NCBI GenBank assembly: GCA_011051475.1
Contig: DRLE01000007.1
Location: 1-35,247 of the forward strand
DNA length: 35,247 bases
Direction of reading: 5' to 3'
From: Gammaproteobacteria bacterium
Lineage (GTDB): Bacteria; Pseudomonadota; Gammaproteobacteria; SZUA-229
The translations under genes were made by a program, and so were the position numbers. Under the pieces are notes generated by a model. That model was not told the DNA's origin and made no database searches. It saw nothing but the letters and a program-made list of their open reading frames with translations. Shown here in pieces: positions 17,916 through 25,908 of this stretch (the stretch's first letter is position 1; every line of letters starts with the position of its first letter).

Positions 17916-17946
17916 GTAGGCCGGGATAAGCGATAGCGTTCCCGGC
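17916..17946 (+). repeat. REP-like GTAG hairpin, copy R2 (nested in A5)
   Basis: GTAGGCCGGGATAAGCGATAGCGTTCCCGGC. GTAG followed by a 7-bp stem GCCGGGA/TCCCGGC. Very close to the E. coli REP consensus GTAGGCCGGATAAGGCGTT.ACGCCGCATCCGGC. Confidence 0.6.
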
Positions 17947-17974
17947 GGATGGCTGGCAGTGTGCATGAAAGTTA

Positions 17975-18012
17975 AAAGCTGAACCGCAGAGGCGCCTCTG
18001 CGGTTCAGCTTT
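17975..18012. terminator. Perfect 19-bp palindrome, terminator-like (bidirectional candidate)
   Basis: aaagctgaaccgcagaggc / gcctctgcggttcagcttt, perfect. Only a short T run on the plus strand (part of the stem), followed by A8. Lies between cbbY and the TauE-like gene. Confidence 0.4.
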
Positions 18013-18070
18013 AAAAAAAATTCGCGCTTTTTGCGTGCTTTGCGGCAATGCTTTTAACACATCCTGACCA

Positions 18071-18868
18071 ATGACCCCTACTTTACTGGAAGCCCTGCTC
18101 TACCTTTTTACCGGCGCCTGCGCCGGTTTTGCCGCCGGGCTGCTGGGCGTGGGTGGCGGGCTGATTATCGTACCGGTACTGTATTTCGTGTTCAACACGC
18201 AGGGCGTGGAAGCTTCCATGATTATGCATATGGCACTGACCACATCGCTGGCCAGCATTGTCATTACCGCGGCTTCCTCCACTTATGCCCATCATAAAAG
18301 ACGCGCCGTGCTCTGGTCGGTGTTTTTTCTCCTGACGCCCGGTATTCTGCTCGGCGCCTGGAGCGGTGGCCTGTTTGCCTCTGCCATTGACAGTCGTATT
18401 TTAAAAGGCTTTTTTGCGGTTTTCGAACTGCTGGTGGCCATTCACCTGCTGCTGAAAACAACGCCACGCGTTCATCGCGAACGTATCGGCAAGCTGGCTT
18501 CTGCCATGGGTGGCTTTGTTATCGGCTTTGTTTCATCACTGGTGGGTATCGGCGGTGGCACCATGACGGTACCTTTTCTGCACTGGTTTAATATACCGAT
18601 GAAAAAAGCCGTGGCTACCTCCGCCGCCTGCGGCCTGCCCATTGCCCTGGCCGGCAGCCTTTCCTATATTAGCGCCAGCTATTCTCTGCCAACCGGGCCG
18701 GGCAATATCGGTTATCTCAATCTTTATGCCCTGCTGTTCATTGCCATTGCCAGTTTTGCCTTTGCCCCGGTGGGTGCTAAGGTAGCGCACAGCATCAGTG
18801 AAAAAAGCCTGCGTCTGAGTTTTTCCGCCCTGTTATTCGCTCTCAGTCTGGGCATGTTACTGAACTAA
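18071..18868 (+). CDS. TauE/SafE family sulfite/anion exporter
   Basis: About 8-TM protein with duplicated GxGGG motifs (LGVGGGLIIVP, VGIGGGTMTVP) typical of TauE/SafE (DUF81). Confidence 0.85.
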   Translation: MTPTLLEALLYLFTGACAGFAAGLLGVGGGLIIVPVLYFVFNTQGVEASMIMHMALTTSLASIVITAASSTYAHHKRRAVLWSVFFLLTPGILLGAWSGGLFASAIDSRILKGFFAVFELLVAIHLLLKTTPRVHRERIGKLASAMGGFVIGFVSSLVGIGGGTMTVPFLHWFNIPMKKAVATSAACGLPIALAGSLSYISASYSLPTGPGNIGYLNLYALLFIAIASFAFAPVGAKVAHSISEKSLRLSFSALLFALSLGMLLN

Positions 18869-18908
18869 ATCAGCCTGCCAGCACCTTACACTGAAGAGGT
18901 GAAAAATA

Positions 18909-19529
18909 ATGACAGCCCTGCCCGAACTTAAAGTCACCGTTTACAGCGATTATATCTGCCCGTTCTGCTACCTGGGTCACCACCGACTGCAGAAACTGAA
19001 GGACAGCTATGAGCTGAAGATCAACTGGTGCTTCCTGGAAATCCACCCCGAACTTTCTGCCCAGGGCGATGATATTGAAGCCCTGGACTATTCCAGCGAA
19101 CACTGGCAACAGCTGCTCACCAACCTGCGCCGGATAGCCGAAGAAGAAGGCGTCACGCTGAATGAACCGGCCTTTATTACCAACTCCCGGGACGCCCTGC
19201 TGCTGGCAGAAGCCGGCAAGCAGTGCGGCCGGGAGATTTTTTATCGCCTGCATGAGGCCCTGTTTGCCGCCTATTTTGTCGATGGCCGGAATATTGGCAG
19301 CCGTGATGTACTAAGAGATATTGCCGCAGACAGCGGTGTTGATGCTCATCTTATTGAAAGCGCGTGGACGGATGACGCCTTTGCACAACGCCTCTCGGGC
19401 AACTATCACAGCGCCCGCCAGCACGATATCGAGAGCGTGCCGGCCTTTGTCTTCGGCAACAGGGTCATCAACGGTGTACTGCCGGAAACGGAATTTCGCC
19501 GCGCGGCCAGGGATATGAACAGGCCGTAG
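18909..19529 (+). CDS. DsbA-family (FrnE/HCCA-isomerase-like) thiol oxidoreductase, cytoplasmic type
   Basis: VYSDYICPFCYLG with a CPFC active site near the N-terminus and no signal peptide. C-terminal ...VPAFVFGN...NG matches the DsbA_FrnE pattern. Confidence 0.8.
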   Translation: MTALPELKVTVYSDYICPFCYLGHHRLQKLKDSYELKINWCFLEIHPELSAQGDDIEALDYSSEHWQQLLTNLRRIAEEEGVTLNEPAFITNSRDALLLAEAGKQCGREIFYRLHEALFAAYFVDGRNIGSRDVLRDIAADSGVDAHLIESAWTDDAFAQRLSGNYHSARQHDIESVPAFVFGNRVINGVLPETEFRRAARDMNRP

Positions 19530-19534
19530 ACGCG

Positions 19535-20140
19535 TTAGTCGTCCTCCTGTCCCAGCATGGCCGCTTTCAGGTCATCATCGGCCGGCTCGTCGCCCAGCCA
19601 GACATCGAGCAGGGCATGATAAAAATCCTCGCCGGCTATGGTTCCTTTCAGCTGCTCATTGATAATGACGCGCGTGCCTGTGCCGGGAATATAATCCAGA
19701 TAAACAATGTCGCCTTCCTTCAGGTCGGGAAACAGTTTGATAAAGGCCTGCAGACGCTCCTGCAGTTTCTGCATCTGCGCATCACTGGTGTTCTCCTCGA
19801 AACCTTCACGCCAGGCACCGGCCATCTTTTTCTGGCTGATCTCGTCATAGATCATATGCATCAGTACCCGCTTCGGCCCTTTCATGGCCTGCAGGGCATC
19901 ACGCGTATCCGCCTTTTCTTCGGTATACAGCGCACCGACATATAGCTTGAACACAAACTTGGTTCGATAACCGGCGCCATTGAGCTGCAGCTTTTTACCA
20001 GCAACGGTTACCGTTTCGGGAACCGTAATATCTCCGATCGTACGTGCATAAGCATTATTAACCGCGGCCAGCTGCAATATGCCCAGCAGTATCAGCAAAA
20101 CAGGAATACCGCTCAAAACCTTCAGCTTTTTCAACATCAT
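19535..20140 (-). CDS. Secreted chalcone-isomerase-like family protein
   Basis: Signal peptide ending NNAYA. Core L.LNGAGYRTKFVFKLYVGALY is the bacterial chalcone isomerase-like (Chalcone_3) signature. Confidence 0.75.
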   Translation of the reverse strand: MMLKKLKVLSGIPVLLILLGILQLAAVNNAYARTIGDITVPETVTVAGKKLQLNGAGYRTKFVFKLYVGALYTEEKADTRDALQAMKGPKRVLMHMIYDEISQKKMAGAWREGFEENTSDAQMQKLQERLQAFIKLFPDLKEGDIVYLDYIPGTGTRVIINEQLKGTIAGEDFYHALLDVWLGDEPADDDLKAAMLGQEDD

Positions 20141-20224
20141 AACCCCTTCCTCTTTTTAATCACCTGCAGACAAAAACAGTTTTTAAGGTTACACTACCAT
20201 TACAAAAGGTCTTAGACAACGACT

Positions 20225-20920
20225 ATGCACCGCCAAATTGCGCCAAAAAAATTTCTTATCTATCTTCTGTATACCAGCCTGTGCTGCCTGCTCGTAGCCG
20301 TCCTGAATATTATTCATACCCGCTATATACTGAAAATAGAACTCTCACCCGAGACTTTTATTATTCCTGTAATAGCCGGGCTGATATTCGGACTGATGAT
20401 GGCGCACATCAAGGCACTGAGCGCACAACTCAGGGAAATGGCCTTTACCGACTCCCTGACCAAGATCTACAACCGCCTGCACTTCGCGCATTTCCTTGAC
20501 GCCGAGATCGACAAGGCCAAACGCTATGGCACCACCTTTTCCATTATTTTTTTCGACCTTGATCATTTCAAACTGATCAATGATACCTATGGCCACCAGG
20601 TCGGCGATGAAGTCCTCGAACAGGTAACAAAGCTTGTTGATTCCATGAACCGCAAGGCAGATATCTTCGCCCGCTATGGCGGCGAGGAATTTATTATCCT
20701 GACACCCGAAACCGACATCAGCGGCGCGATGATCCACGCAGAACGCCTGCGCGACAAGATTGACAAATACAACTTCAAAACCGTCGGTCACCTGACCAGC
20801 AGCTTCGGCGTCACCGAATTCAAGGGAGAGAATGACTCGATCGAAGAACTGCTCGACCGGGCGGATATTGCGCTTTATCAGGCGAAAGAGCTCGGCCGTA
20901 ATCGTGTGGAAAAGGCATAG
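20225..20920 (+). CDS. Membrane-anchored diguanylate cyclase (GGDEF domain)
   Basis: Two N-terminal TM segments, then DSLTKIYNR, FDLDHFKLINDTYGH, RYGGEEF (GGEEF active site) and ALYQAKELGRNRV. Confidence 0.9.
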   Translation: MHRQIAPKKFLIYLLYTSLCCLLVAVLNIIHTRYILKIELSPETFIIPVIAGLIFGLMMAHIKALSAQLREMAFTDSLTKIYNRLHFAHFLDAEIDKAKRYGTTFSIIFFDLDHFKLINDTYGHQVGDEVLEQVTKLVDSMNRKADIFARYGGEEFIILTPETDISGAMIHAERLRDKIDKYNFKTVGHLTSSFGVTEFKGENDSIEELLDRADIALYQAKELGRNRVEKA

Positions 20921-20941
20921 CCTTTTCCACACGATTACGGC
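20895..20941. repeat. Perfect 22-bp stem / 3-nt loop palindrome spanning the GGDEF stop codon
   Basis: 20895..20916 gccgtaatcgtgtggaaaaggc pairs perfectly with 20920..20941 gccttttccacacgattacggc. The left arm encodes the last residues GRNRVEKA. The loop and first base of the right arm form the TAG stop. Confidence 0.9.
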
Positions 20942-21031
20942 AGTGAATAGTGAATTTTAAAATACCAAAACAGGAAAAACGAAGTTTTTCCCGCTTCTCA
21001 CTATTCACTATTAGTTATTCACTATTCACTA
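20942..21031. repeat. Family E heptamer-array inverted repeat
   Basis: Left AGTGAAT x2 (20942..20955). Right ctcacta ttcacta ttagtta ttcacta ttcacta (20998..21032, 7-nt phase). Central 8-bp hairpin ggaaaaac/gtttttcc. The right end overlaps the gcvPB stop (21029..21031). Confidence 0.8.
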
Positions 21032-22489
21032 ACCTTGCCTCCGGCAAGGTTCATAAGCAAGGTCCAGCTGTTTCGCCGCCCTCACCTCATCCAGTCTTTT
21101 CACCGGCAGGGTCTGCGGCGCGTCGTGCAGCAGTTGCGGATTGGTTTCGGCTTCGTGTTTTATCTGTTCCAGCGCGTCCATAAAACCATCGAGGGCTTCT
21201 TTTGCTTCGGTTTCGGTAGGCTCGATCAGCAGGCATTCGGGGACCAGCAGGGGAAAGTAGGTGGTGGGGGCGTGATAGCCGAGATCCAGCAGGCGCTTGG
21301 CAAAGTCCATGGCGGACACATGAAACTCACGGGCCTCGTTTTTCAGGGTAATAATAAACTCGTGGCTGGCACGACGGTTTTCGATGGCCAGGGTAAAGCC
21401 GCGGCGTTTTGCTTCGGCCATCATATAGTTGGCATTAAGGGTGGCAAACTCGGCCACGCGCACCATGCCTTCGCGCCCCAGAAAACGCATATAGACATAG
21501 GCGCGCAATAATACGCCCGGATTGCCCATAAAGGCCGACAGGCGACCGATACTTTCCGGCCGGTCTTCGCTCGTGAGGTAACGGTAGCGCTCATCCTCTT
21601 TTGCCACCACCGGCAGGGGCAGATAGGGCTGCAGGCGTTCGGCCACACCCACCGCGCCGGAACCGGGGCCACCGCCACCGTGCGGGGTGGAAAAGGTCTT
21701 GTGCAGATTGGAGTGGATTACATCAAAACCCATGTCGCCGGGGCGGATCTTGCCGAGAATGGCGTTGAGATTGGCGCCATCGTAATACAGCAGGCCGCCG
21801 GCCTCATGCACCACCGTTGCAATGGCTTCGATATTGCGCTCGAACACACCCAGGGTGGACGGATTGGTCAGCATCAGGCCGGCGGTCTGCGGGCCGACTG
21901 CCTGTTTCAAGGCATCGAGATCGACATCGCCGTTGTCCAGGGTGGGAATTTCCCTGACGCTGAAACCGCACATAACGGCAGTGGCCGGGTTGGTGCCGTG
22001 GGCCGCGTCCGGCACCAGGATTTCACGGCGCTCGTGGTCGCCGCGCGCCCTGTGGTAAGCCTCGATCATGGCGACGCCGGCAAACTCGCCCTGGGCGCCG
22101 GCCATGGGCGCCAGCGAGAACGCGGCCATGCCGGTAACCTCACACAGCATCTCCTGCAGCTCGTACATGCAGGCCAGGAAGCCCTGCTGCTGCGCATCGG
22201 GCGTCAGCGGGTGGGTATTGAGAAAACCGGGCAGCATGGCCAGTGAATTGCAGGCGCGCGGGTTGTACTTCATGGTACAGGAGCCCAGCGGATAGAACTC
22301 GGTATCGATGGAAAAATTCTTCTTCGACAGACGCGTATAGTGGCGTACCGCCTGCAGCTCGGAAACTTCCGGCAGACCGGCCGAGCTCTGGCGCAGCAGG
22401 TTTTGCGGAATACCATCCAGTGGCGCCTTTTCTGCGGGTGACTGCGGCGCGCCGCGACGGCCCTCGGCGGAATGTTCGAAAATCAGCAT
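21029..22489 (-). CDS. gcvPB: Glycine dehydrogenase (decarboxylating) subunit 2
   Basis: Split P-protein C-terminal subunit, including the PLP-lysine region [16 protein letters not shown]. Follows gcvPA with a 7-nt overlap. Confidence 0.95.
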   Translation of the reverse strand: MLIFEHSAEGRRGAPQSPAEKAPLDGIPQNLLRQSSAGLPEVSELQAVRHYTRLSKKNFSIDTEFYPLGSCTMKYNPRACNSLAMLPGFLNTHPLTPDAQQQGFLACMYELQEMLCEVTGMAAFSLAPMAGAQGEFAGVAMIEAYHRARGDHERREILVPDAAHGTNPATAVMCGFSVREIPTLDNGDVDLDALKQAVGPQTAGLMLTNPSTLGVFERNIEAIATVVHEAGGLLYYDGANLNAILGKIRPGDMGFDVIHSNLHKTFSTPHGGGGPGSGAVGVAERLQPYLPLPVVAKEDERYRYLTSEDRPESIGRLSAFMGNPGVLLRAYVYMRFLGREGMVRVAEFATLNANYMMAEAKRRGFTLAIENRRASHEFIITLKNEAREFHVSAMDFAKRLLDLGYHAPTTYFPLLVPECLLIEPTETEAKEALDGFMDALEQIKHEAETNPQLLHDAPQTLPVKRLDEVRAAKQLDLAYEPCRRQG

Positions 22490-23898
22490 AACACGCCCTC
22501 CTCGGCCATCACCGGCTCACCGGCCAGTACTTTCTCCAGCGCTCTGGCGTAAGTCTGAATATCGTCATCGCTGCGCATTTCGGTGGTGCAGACCAGGATG
22601 GCCTCGCCCAGCTCGGGATAATCCCCGCCCAGCTTATAACCACCGAGAATGCCATGGTGCATCAGCTCGGCCAGCACCTTTTCGGCGCTCTGTTCCAGCT
22701 GCAATACGGTTTCGTGGAAACAGGGACTGGTAAAGGCGGCTTTTACACCGGGAATGGCGGTAAGGCTTTCCACCAGCTTGCGGTTATTGGCATAACAGGC
22801 GGCAGCGGTATTCTCCAGCCCCTGCGCACCCATAATCGCCATATAAATCGTTGAGGCGGTCACCACCAGGCCCTGATTGGTACAGATATTGGAGGTCGCC
22901 TTGGAGCGGCGGATATGCTGCTCACGCGCCTGCAGCGTTAGCACGAAGCCCTCACGACCATCGAGATCGACAGTACGCCCGATAATACGCCCCGGCATCT
23001 GCCGCACAAGGTTCTGCTTGCAGCAGAGAAAACCGTAATACGGTCCGCCGGCGGACATGGGCGCGCCCAGCGGCTGGCCGTCGCCGCAGGCAATATCGGC
23101 GCCGCTATTCTTCTCGGCGCTGCCCCATTCGCCCGGCGGAGTCAGCACTGCCATGGCCATGGGATTGACCACAGCAATCAGCAGTATATTGTTTTCATGC
23201 GCCCAGTCGGTAATTTCATCCACCGCTTCCAGGCAGCCGAAGAAATTGGGTTGCTGCAGCACCACGGCGGTAATATCACCACCGGCGGCTTCACACTGCT
23301 GCTTGATCTCGTCCAGGGTCACCGTGCCGGTATTGCTGTCATAGGGCACATCCAGCAGCTCGATATTCTGCCCCTTGACGATGGTATGCGCGGTTCTGCG
23401 GTAAACCGGGTTGACCGTAGTCGGCACCAGGATCTTGCGCGACTTCGACTTGCGGTTGCCGCGCACCGCCATAAGTATGGCTTCGGCCAGGCCGGAGGCG
23501 CCGTCATACAGTGAGGCATTGGATACATCCATGGCCATCAGCGCGGTCATCATGCTCTGGTATTCATAGGTCAGCTGCAGGGTACCCTGGGAAGCCTCTG
23601 CCTGGTAGGGCGTATAGGCACTGTAGAACTCACCGCGGGTGGTGATCTCCCAGACCGCCGCCGGAATATGGTGCTCGTAGGCGCCGGCGCCAAGAAAACA
23701 CAGGGCCGTACTGTTCTGCTGCGCGCGCTGGCGCATCAGACGGGCGATTTCCATTTCCGTCATGCCCTGTGGAATCCCCGCCAGCGAAACCTCGCGCAGG
23801 TGCGGCGGAATCTCATCGAACAGGTCTTCGGTGCTGTCAGCGCCAATGGCGTCCAGCATCTGTTTTATTTCGGTTTCGGTATGGGGAATAAAAGGCAT
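22483..23898 (-). CDS. gcvPA: Glycine dehydrogenase (decarboxylating) subunit 1
   Basis: [19 protein letters not shown]... is a typical GcvPA N-terminus, with full-length similarity to subunit 1. Confidence 0.95.
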   Translation of the reverse strand: MPFIPHTETEIKQMLDAIGADSTEDLFDEIPPHLREVSLAGIPQGMTEMEIARLMRQRAQQNSTALCFLGAGAYEHHIPAAVWEITTRGEFYSAYTPYQAEASQGTLQLTYEYQSMMTALMAMDVSNASLYDGASGLAEAILMAVRGNRKSKSRKILVPTTVNPVYRRTAHTIVKGQNIELLDVPYDSNTGTVTLDEIKQQCEAAGGDITAVVLQQPNFFGCLEAVDEITDWAHENNILLIAVVNPMAMAVLTPPGEWGSAEKNSGADIACGDGQPLGAPMSAGGPYYGFLCCKQNLVRQMPGRIIGRTVDLDGREGFVLTLQAREQHIRRSKATSNICTNQGLVVTASTIYMAIMGAQGLENTAAACYANNRKLVESLTAIPGVKAAFTSPCFHETVLQLEQSAEKVLAELMHHGILGGYKLGGDYPELGEAILVCTTEMRSDDDIQTYARALEKVLAGEPVMAEEGVLC

Positions 23899-23904
23899 GA
23901 TAAA

Positions 23905-23981
23905 AAAGTTGGCAGTCGGCAGCCGTCAGTCGTCAGTTATGGGTGGTTACTGCCAACTGACGGCTGCCGACTGCCAACTTT
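23905..23981. repeat. Family D heptamer-array hairpin, copy D1 (perfect 26-bp stem)
   Basis: 23905..23930 aaagttggcagtcggcagccgtcagt is the exact reverse complement of 23956..23981. The arm parses as gttggca gtcggca gccgtca gtcgtca (7-nt phase). It fills the gcvH-gcvPA spacer. Confidence 0.9.
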
Positions 23982-23985
23982 GTCG

Positions 23986-24372
23986 TTATTCTTCGATTTC
24001 GGCGGCGTAGGCTTCAGCGTCCATCAGTTCTTCAAGTTCTTCGGGCGCCGAAGGCTGGATGCGAAACAGCCAGCCATTATCATAGGGTGAGCTGTTGATC
24101 ACTTCCGGCTCGTCGGAGAGCATATCATTGACCTCAACAATTTCACCGCTGATCGGCATATAAACATCGGAAGCCGCCTTGACGGATTCAACCACACAGC
24201 ACTCATCGCCGGTGGAGTACTCGGTGCCGGCTTCGGGCAGTTCGACAAAGACCAGGTCACCCAGCAGCTCCTGCGCGTGGTCGGTAATGCCCACGGTTAC
24301 CAGACCGTCTTCATCCAGACGCAGCCATTCGTGGGAATCGGTATATTTTAACTCTGAAGGAATTTCACTCAT
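23986..24372 (-). CDS. gcvH: Glycine cleavage system H protein
   Basis: Lipoyl-lysine motif [14 protein letters not shown]-terminus. Start set at ATG 24372 ([10 protein letters not shown]). Confidence 0.95.
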   Translation of the reverse strand: MSEIPSELKYTDSHEWLRLDEDGLVTVGITDHAQELLGDLVFVELPEAGTEYSTGDECCVVESVKAASDVYMPISGEIVEVNDMLSDEPEVINSSPYDNGWLFRIQPSAPEELEELMDAEAYAAEIEE

Positions 24373-24494
24373 TATTGTCACCTGATCGATTTGTTCCGGG
24401 GCTGTCTTCTCCCCCTTGTTTACGGCTCACTACTTTAACTTTATTCGCGGAAAATACCAGCCTTATTCACACGCCCATTGCCAGCGGTTATCTG

Positions 24495-25604
24495 TCAGAC
24501 CGGCTTGCCTTCGCGCACAAAAACCGGCCTGACCACGGTGGCATTGAGCAGTTTGCCGCGAATTTCCACCTTGCAGTGACTGCCGATAGTGACCGGTACA
24601 CGCGCCAGGGCAATGGATTTTTGCAGACTGGGCGAGAATGTGCCACTGGTAATTTCGCCTTCACCGATCACATTACCGCTTTCATCTTCTGCGACAACCT
24701 TCTGATGGCCGCGCAGGATACCGCGATCTTCCAGCACCAGGCCTACCAGCTTCTGATCGACACCGGCGGCCTTTTCCGCCTCCAGCGCACTGCGACCGAT
24801 AAAGTCACGTGTCTCCGGCTGCCAGGCCACGGTCCAGGCCAGACCGGAAATCAGCGGTGAAGTCTCTTCGCTCATATCGCTGCCATACAGGTTCATGCCC
24901 GCTTCCAGGCGCAGGGTATCGCGCGCGCCCAGACCACAGGGTTTGACCCCGGCAGCGGCCAGCGCATCCCAGAAAGCAGGGGCTTCGGTTTTGGGCAGCA
25001 TGATTTCAAAGCCGTCCTCACCGGTATAGCCGGTGCGCCCGACAAACCAGTCGCCTCTGGCGACACCGTAAAAACGCTTGATGACAGAAGCCGCTTTGGC
25101 GATATCGTCGGGCATGACACTCAGTGCCTTCTCCCGCGCATCAGGCCCCTGCACCGCAATCATGGCCAGGTCATCACGTACTTTCAGGGTCACATCGAAC
25201 CGGCCGGCATGCTGCTGCAACCATTCAATATCCTTCTCTGCGGTACCGGCATTGACCACCAGGCGGTACCAGTCGGCATTCAGATAATAAACAATCAGGT
25301 CGTCGATAACACCGCCGTTTTCATTAAGCATACAGCTGTACAGCGCCTTGCCCGGCTCGCTCAGTTTGGCCACATCATTGGCCAGCATATACTGCAGAAA
25401 ACCCTTGATATCGGCATCGTCAGAGGCCGGCAGCAGGTCGATGATTTTCATGTGCGATACATCGAACATACCGGCGTCATTGCGCACCTGGTGGTGCTCG
25501 TCAATCTGCGAGCCATAATTCACCGGCATCTGCCAGCCGGCAAAATCCACGATCTTGCCGCCATATTCCACGTGTTTGTCAAAAAGAACGGTTTTATTGC
25601 TCAT
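24495..25604 (-). CDS. gcvT: Glycine cleavage system aminomethyltransferase T
   Basis: [19 protein letters not shown] and [12 protein letters not shown] motifs. Start set at ATG 25604 ([11 protein letters not shown]). Confidence 0.95.
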   Translation of the reverse strand: MSNKTVLFDKHVEYGGKIVDFAGWQMPVNYGSQIDEHHQVRNDAGMFDVSHMKIIDLLPASDDADIKGFLQYMLANDVAKLSEPGKALYSCMLNENGGVIDDLIVYYLNADWYRLVVNAGTAEKDIEWLQQHAGRFDVTLKVRDDLAMIAVQGPDAREKALSVMPDDIAKAASVIKRFYGVARGDWFVGRTGYTGEDGFEIMLPKTEAPAFWDALAAAGVKPCGLGARDTLRLEAGMNLYGSDMSEETSPLISGLAWTVAWQPETRDFIGRSALEAEKAAGVDQKLVGLVLEDRGILRGHQKVVAEDESGNVIGEGEITSGTFSPSLQKSIALARVPVTIGSHCKVEIRGKLLNATVVRPVFVREGKPV

Positions 25605-25668
25605 AACAGATCTGGCACAGCAGCCGGCCGAAGTTAAATTCAATGGCGGATTTTACACGCATTCAGGC

Positions 25669-25697
25669 ACCATAATCCGGATAAATCATAGTGGCAA
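25669..25697 (-). promoter_or_regulatory. Candidate sigma-70 promoter for gcvTH-PA-PB
   Basis: The minus strand reads TTGCCA (25697..25692), a 17-nt spacer, then TATGGT (25674..25669). This sits about 65 nt upstream of the gcvT ATG. Hexamer match only. Confidence 0.25.
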
Positions 25698-25704
25698 TCA
25701 TTAT

Positions 25705-25904
25705 AAAAACTTGAACCACAGAGGACACAGAGGTACACAGAGAAAAGCTTTTTATTGTTTTTATCAACTGTCATTGCGAGCGCAGCGAAGCAATCTCGTG
25801 AACCTGGCGCCTGAACGAGATTGCTTCGCTGCGCTCGCAATGACGAGTAAAGCAAAAACAGAAAACTCTGTGTCCTCTGTGTCCTCTGTGGTTAAAGCTT
25901 TTAA
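25705..25904. repeat. Family B palindromic element, copy B1 (contains C1)
   Basis: Left arm 25714..25742 aaccacagaggacacagaggtacacagag. Right arm 25866..25893 ctctgtgtcctctgtgtcctctgtggtt (28 bp with one bulge). The arms are 9-nt phased CACAGAGGA units. Confidence 0.9.
25770..25844. repeat. Family C hairpin, copy C1 (perfect 29-30-bp stem) nested in B1
   Basis: gtcattgcgagcgcagcgaagcaatctcg (25770..25798) is the exact reverse complement of 25816..25844. The loop contains GGCGCC. Confidence 0.9.
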
Positions 25905-25908
25905 GTTC

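Larger units (their letters stand above)
17859..18055. repeat. Family A element, copy A5 (carries a REP-like hairpin and a 19-bp palindrome)
   Basis: Arms 17872..17900 attgccgcaaggcacgcaaaaagcgcgaa and 18021..18049 match at 28 of 29 positions. The outer AAAGCG...GCTTTT flank overlaps the cbbY stop (TAG 17865..17867). Confidence 0.85.

Noticed and set aside
24382-24494. gcvT-gcvH spacer containing ttattcgcgg, reminiscent of a family A arm
   Set aside because: Only about 8 nt match, there is no partner arm and no flanking AAAAGC signature. This is probably chance.
25605-25908. Possible glycine riboswitch upstream of gcvT
   Set aside because: I read the minus strand of the whole spacer. There is no GGAGAG...CACCGAAGGGGCAA-type aptamer core. 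The 200 bp nearest ubiI is the B1/C1 repeat, and the remaining ~100 nt is too short for a tandem glycine riboswitch.
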